Origin: a virus
Taxonomy: Duplodnaviria > Caudoviricetes
Virus record (IMG/VR): IMGVR_UViG_3300042391_000478
Coordinates: 1-55,935 of that record
Reading direction: 5' to 3' (one strand)
DNA: 55,935 nt
Made by a program: the position numbers and the translations under genes. The notes below the pieces were generated by a model that ran no database searches, had not been told where the DNA came from, and was given only the letters and a program-made list of their open reading frames with translations. Every line of letters begins with the position of its first letter. The first letter of the stretch is position 1. Below are positions 54,101 to 55,935 of the stretch, one piece after another.

Positions 54101-55935
54101 GACCTAGGTTATGGTATTGCTGCAACAAATAATGCTGTTACAGAATTAGTCAGTATGTTTACATACTACAACTGGACTAGTTACTTTGCCAACAAAGGCG
54201 GACAAGTGCGTTCAACTAGCGGATCTAGTTGTAATGGTATCTATGGACTACGTGCAGTTGGATTTGATCCTAATGAAGTACCGGATAATGTTACACTAGG
54301 TGACGACATTGTACAAGTAATGAAAATTTATAAAAGAGATACATTGTCTGCTAGGAACGTTACAGGTGATATTAGTATCTATGTTGATCATTATAAATTT
54401 ATACCGTATAATGTATCCGAATTAGAAATTGATTATACTCCTAATAAAGTTAGTATTATTCCAGATAACACTACATCGGGATTAACAAATGTATCAGTAG
54501 TCAACCCAGGCATAAACTATGCGGTAGGTGACGAATTCACTGCTGTCGGCGGAATTCTATACGATGGCTCTAGTACTGTTACTACTCTTAGAGTAACAGC
54601 TATTACTGGCGGTGGTGGTGCAGGTCCAATTTCCACAGTTGCAGTTATAGATGTAGGTTCGTATCGAGGCGGCAATAGCCCAGTAGGCGCAGGGCTTAGT
54701 GGAACTTTTACCACTAACACGTCGACAGGAATAGGATCTGGTGCAATCATTGGTGCTACCTATCTTGGTCAAATCATAACTTACACAGTTAACACCGTTG
54801 AAAAATTAGTAGATGTTACTAACGGAGTTGGTCTTGTGCCAGGTGGTGGATCCGTAAGCGTTAACGTATTAAAATTAAATATGGCAACTTCACAAACTGG
54901 AAATAGTGGTGAAGGAGTTAGTTTGTTAGCATCGTTAACTGATGGTCAAACTGTTATTGTGCGCAGTCGTCGACAATTTAGATTCGAAGGTGTGTTTGAT
55001 ACTAGTCCTGCTCGTCCAAGTACATCAGTTACGTTTACTGGTGCAGCCGAAGACTACACTGGCTATAATTCAATTACGTATGCAACAACTGGTCCTAATG
55101 GCACGTTGCCAGCAAACGAAGCAATTATAGAATTTAATACTGGTTTTGAAACAGTACTTGTACAAACCGATCCTCCTAAGATGAGTGGTGGCTACGGATC
55201 AGCACCAGGCGACACTAAGATTGCTCTGTTAGCAGCTCCTCCAGTAAGTATTACTAGATTCAATTCTGGAAATATGATATTTGGCTGGGCAGGAAGAATG
55301 CATCGAGTTAGTGGTTACGTTGCTGCATCTGGTCCAATACCTGCGCACATTACGTTTACCGATATTGCTTACGGAAGCGGTAGCCTTGTGTCGCCTGGCA
55401 CCGGTCTTGTTGCAGCAATTCCTACAGCAAGATCGACTGTGCTAAGAGCAGGATTACCCGAAAATAGTCCAGCTGCAATCACAGTTAATATTAGTACATG
55501 CCGAGCTACTGGACACGACTTCTTAGATATCGGTACTGGTGGATATAACACTACTAACTATCCAAATAACGTATTTGGAGGACCTACCTTACCAGTTGCA
55601 GGCATTGCACAGGAAGTAGTTGAATCCAACGGCGGTAGAGTTTACTACATGAGTACTGATCAAAACGGTGTGTTCCGTGTGGGACAATATTTTTCCGTAG
55701 ATCAAGGAACCGGTACAGTAAGTTTCTCAGCTAGTATCGCACTAAGCGACCTAGATGGATTAGGATTTAAACGTGGTGGTTCAGTTGTTAAAGAATTCTC
55801 AACTGATACTACTATGGCAGATAATGATCCGTATAGTGCAACAACAGAATATGCTGTTAGAGAATATGTAGGTAAACGATTAGGCATTGATCATGATGGT
55901 AACTTTGTAGCTGACGCTTCAAGAATACCAGCGTT
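51122..55935 (+). CDS. Giant virion structural protein (baseplate/tail-fibre type), more than 1600 aa, 3'-truncated
   Basis: N-terminus NVDIGVQGNDGTGDSIRESFRKVNDNF is gp9/gp10-like. Beta-helix-like GVYYEQYPIKV..NVSIKGDEFRR, KSPY and NDFTQ motifs, and GRVYYMSTDQNGVFRVG. Spot-checked in the same frame at the start, at 52.6 kb and at 55.7 kb; presumably absent from the ORF track because no stop falls in the window. Confidence 0.85.
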   Translation, partial: MARQNVDIGVQGNDGTGDSIRESFRKVNDNFIQLFSIFGAGDTISFKDLDDTPSTYGADQVIVSNTDGDGLLAKDLVGGEGIAVDHSDENEIRIISTGGKVGNDIKPQLGGHLNAQLFSIGNLAEPTDETADSFNSLHDTSITSDELVITKGFADQRYLQATGGPGTGSQIRVRDEPLTVDEYTIEIDAWNSGYAQIPDHGFNSGSNGISFIYNITGTAPATGLTAGTTYYLRYLDKNRLSVHETPEDAISGDARIVVNDPAVSPSTAPGVETFVDASFDPTLAGKWVSNEALPRKAIVRRQGDTMDGPLYLSDHPGEFAGAGSPNGPDDLQAATKFYVDSSSFASQTNLFVATSGTDEQDDVPEEKRGRAFAYAYASVNAACVRAEEIINNSQREPGPYRQVLTYDGGTNNCYLNTVDVGVGSNRTLNVYSTVLGVDQTKDAANKDLREGSIIRGLRSGATGLVLAYDGIVTPDSVYQIALLHNRTDPVYFQSDYFYASNRLELNKDFIVFEVTEFIKAKYPSLEFDQVKSRRDTGILVDALVHDIKYGGNIKSIKAARAFWNGLSSVLSSTEKAPCIDGINYINLLAQSIIDNSLIPTVTLPDTFLVRRRSAQVQNVSGTVGEAGSDSLIAQLVASISEIVEYGIDGNSTLLEFIEGETLEFGQPVPETQITVRIETGVYYEQYPIKVSTNVSIKGDEFRRVIIRPAPGISTSKWAGTYFYRDDEFDGLVRSYDLTGGSSVGTTITVDDTTGLESDMQVFVTGGTGEFPANTKIIAVTGSTNFTVAHAPTVALSGATVRALNNSGLAPLGDNFGYHYLTNPTDSTSPPKDNKYMDVFLMNDGTILRNITGQGHGGFMCVLDPEGQIQTKSPYMQTCTSLSGSINKQRFAGGQYIDGFAGNIPATIVGKNSTLELELSGLTVRQPLIPTSFVINGIRYQVNEVNNYNKPAGTATITLDAATPYLPSWSAPIDIIIQTPGNRSMLSNDFTQVNDLGYGIAATNNAVTELVSMFTYYNWTSYFANKGGQVRSTSGSSCNGIYGLRAVGFDPNEVPDNVTLGDDIVQVMKIYKRDTLSARNVTGDISIYVDHYKFIPYNVSELEIDYTPNKVSIIPDNTTSGLTNVSVVNPGINYAVGDEFTAVGGILYDGSSTVTTLRVTAITGGGGAGPISTVAVIDVGSYRGGNSPVGAGLSGTFTTNTSTGIGSGAIIGATYLGQIITYTVNTVEKLVDVTNGVGLVPGGGSVSVNVLKLNMATSQTGNSGEGVSLLASLTDGQTVIVRSRRQFRFEGVFDTSPARPSTSVTFTGAAEDYTGYNSITYATTGPNGTLPANEAIIEFNTGFETVLVQTDPPKMSGGYGSAPGDTKIALLAAPPVSITRFNSGNMIFGWAGRMHRVSGYVAASGPIPAHITFTDIAYGSGSLVSPGTGLVAAIPTARSTVLRAGLPENSPAAITVNISTCRATGHDFLDIGTGGYNTTNYPNNVFGGPTLPVAGIAQEVVESNGGRVYYMSTDQNGVFRVGQYFSVDQGTGTVSFSASIALSDLDGLGFKRGGSVVKEFSTDTTMADNDPYSATTEYAVREYVGKRLGIDHDGNFVADASRIPA

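Noticed and set aside
51376-55887. Short minus-strand ORFs and 54942-55130
   Set aside because: All lie within the giant + strand virion gene
1-55935. Stop-codon recoding, tRNA genes, introns or inteins
   Set aside because: Known proteins are full length under code 11 with all three stops used. No cloverleaf, intein or homing-endonuclease motifs were seen by eye

Overview
This window is part of a large lytic dsDNA phage genome (T4-like/jumbo myovirus type). Support: rIIA/rIIB, RNA ligase 1, ATP-dependent DNA ligase, a giant virion protein with a gp9/gp10-like N-terminus, many sigma70 TTGACA-N17-TATAAT promoters and T4-late-like TAAATA motifs. The standard genetic code fits throughout, and I saw no tRNA, CRISPR array, integrase or transposase. 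Layout: (1) 1-7.4 kb, early genes including a putative RNA-repair/alarmone-hydrolase set and a stacked two-cassette variable slot. (2) 7.4-26.3 kb, a 27-gene island of tailoring enzymes: 10 2OG-Fe(II)-oxygenase-fold, 6 P-loop/sulfotransferase-like and 4 SAM methyltransferase genes, plus nitroreductase, GT-like, GATase, GNAT, minimal adenylating enzyme, Bug/TctC binding protein and a 4-TM protein. Most of its transcription units begin at late-type motifs. (3) 26.3-51 kb, host-takeover genes (IF-1, NadM-Nudix, macro domain, TraR-like, NadV, rIIAB, SPFH, ClpP, ligase, BI-1, QueD, UvsE, SOD, ErpA). (4) 51.1 kb to the end, an uncalled virion protein of more than 1600 aa. Best leads: the tailoring-enzyme island, whose nitroreductase carries a domain homologous to part of the virion protein; a shared GCG-AUAGA-CGC leader hairpin on both NAD-salvage genes; a preQ1-I-like RNA in front of queD; and a microhomology-mediated cassette-stacking scar. 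All protein calls come from motif recognition by eye; no database search was run.
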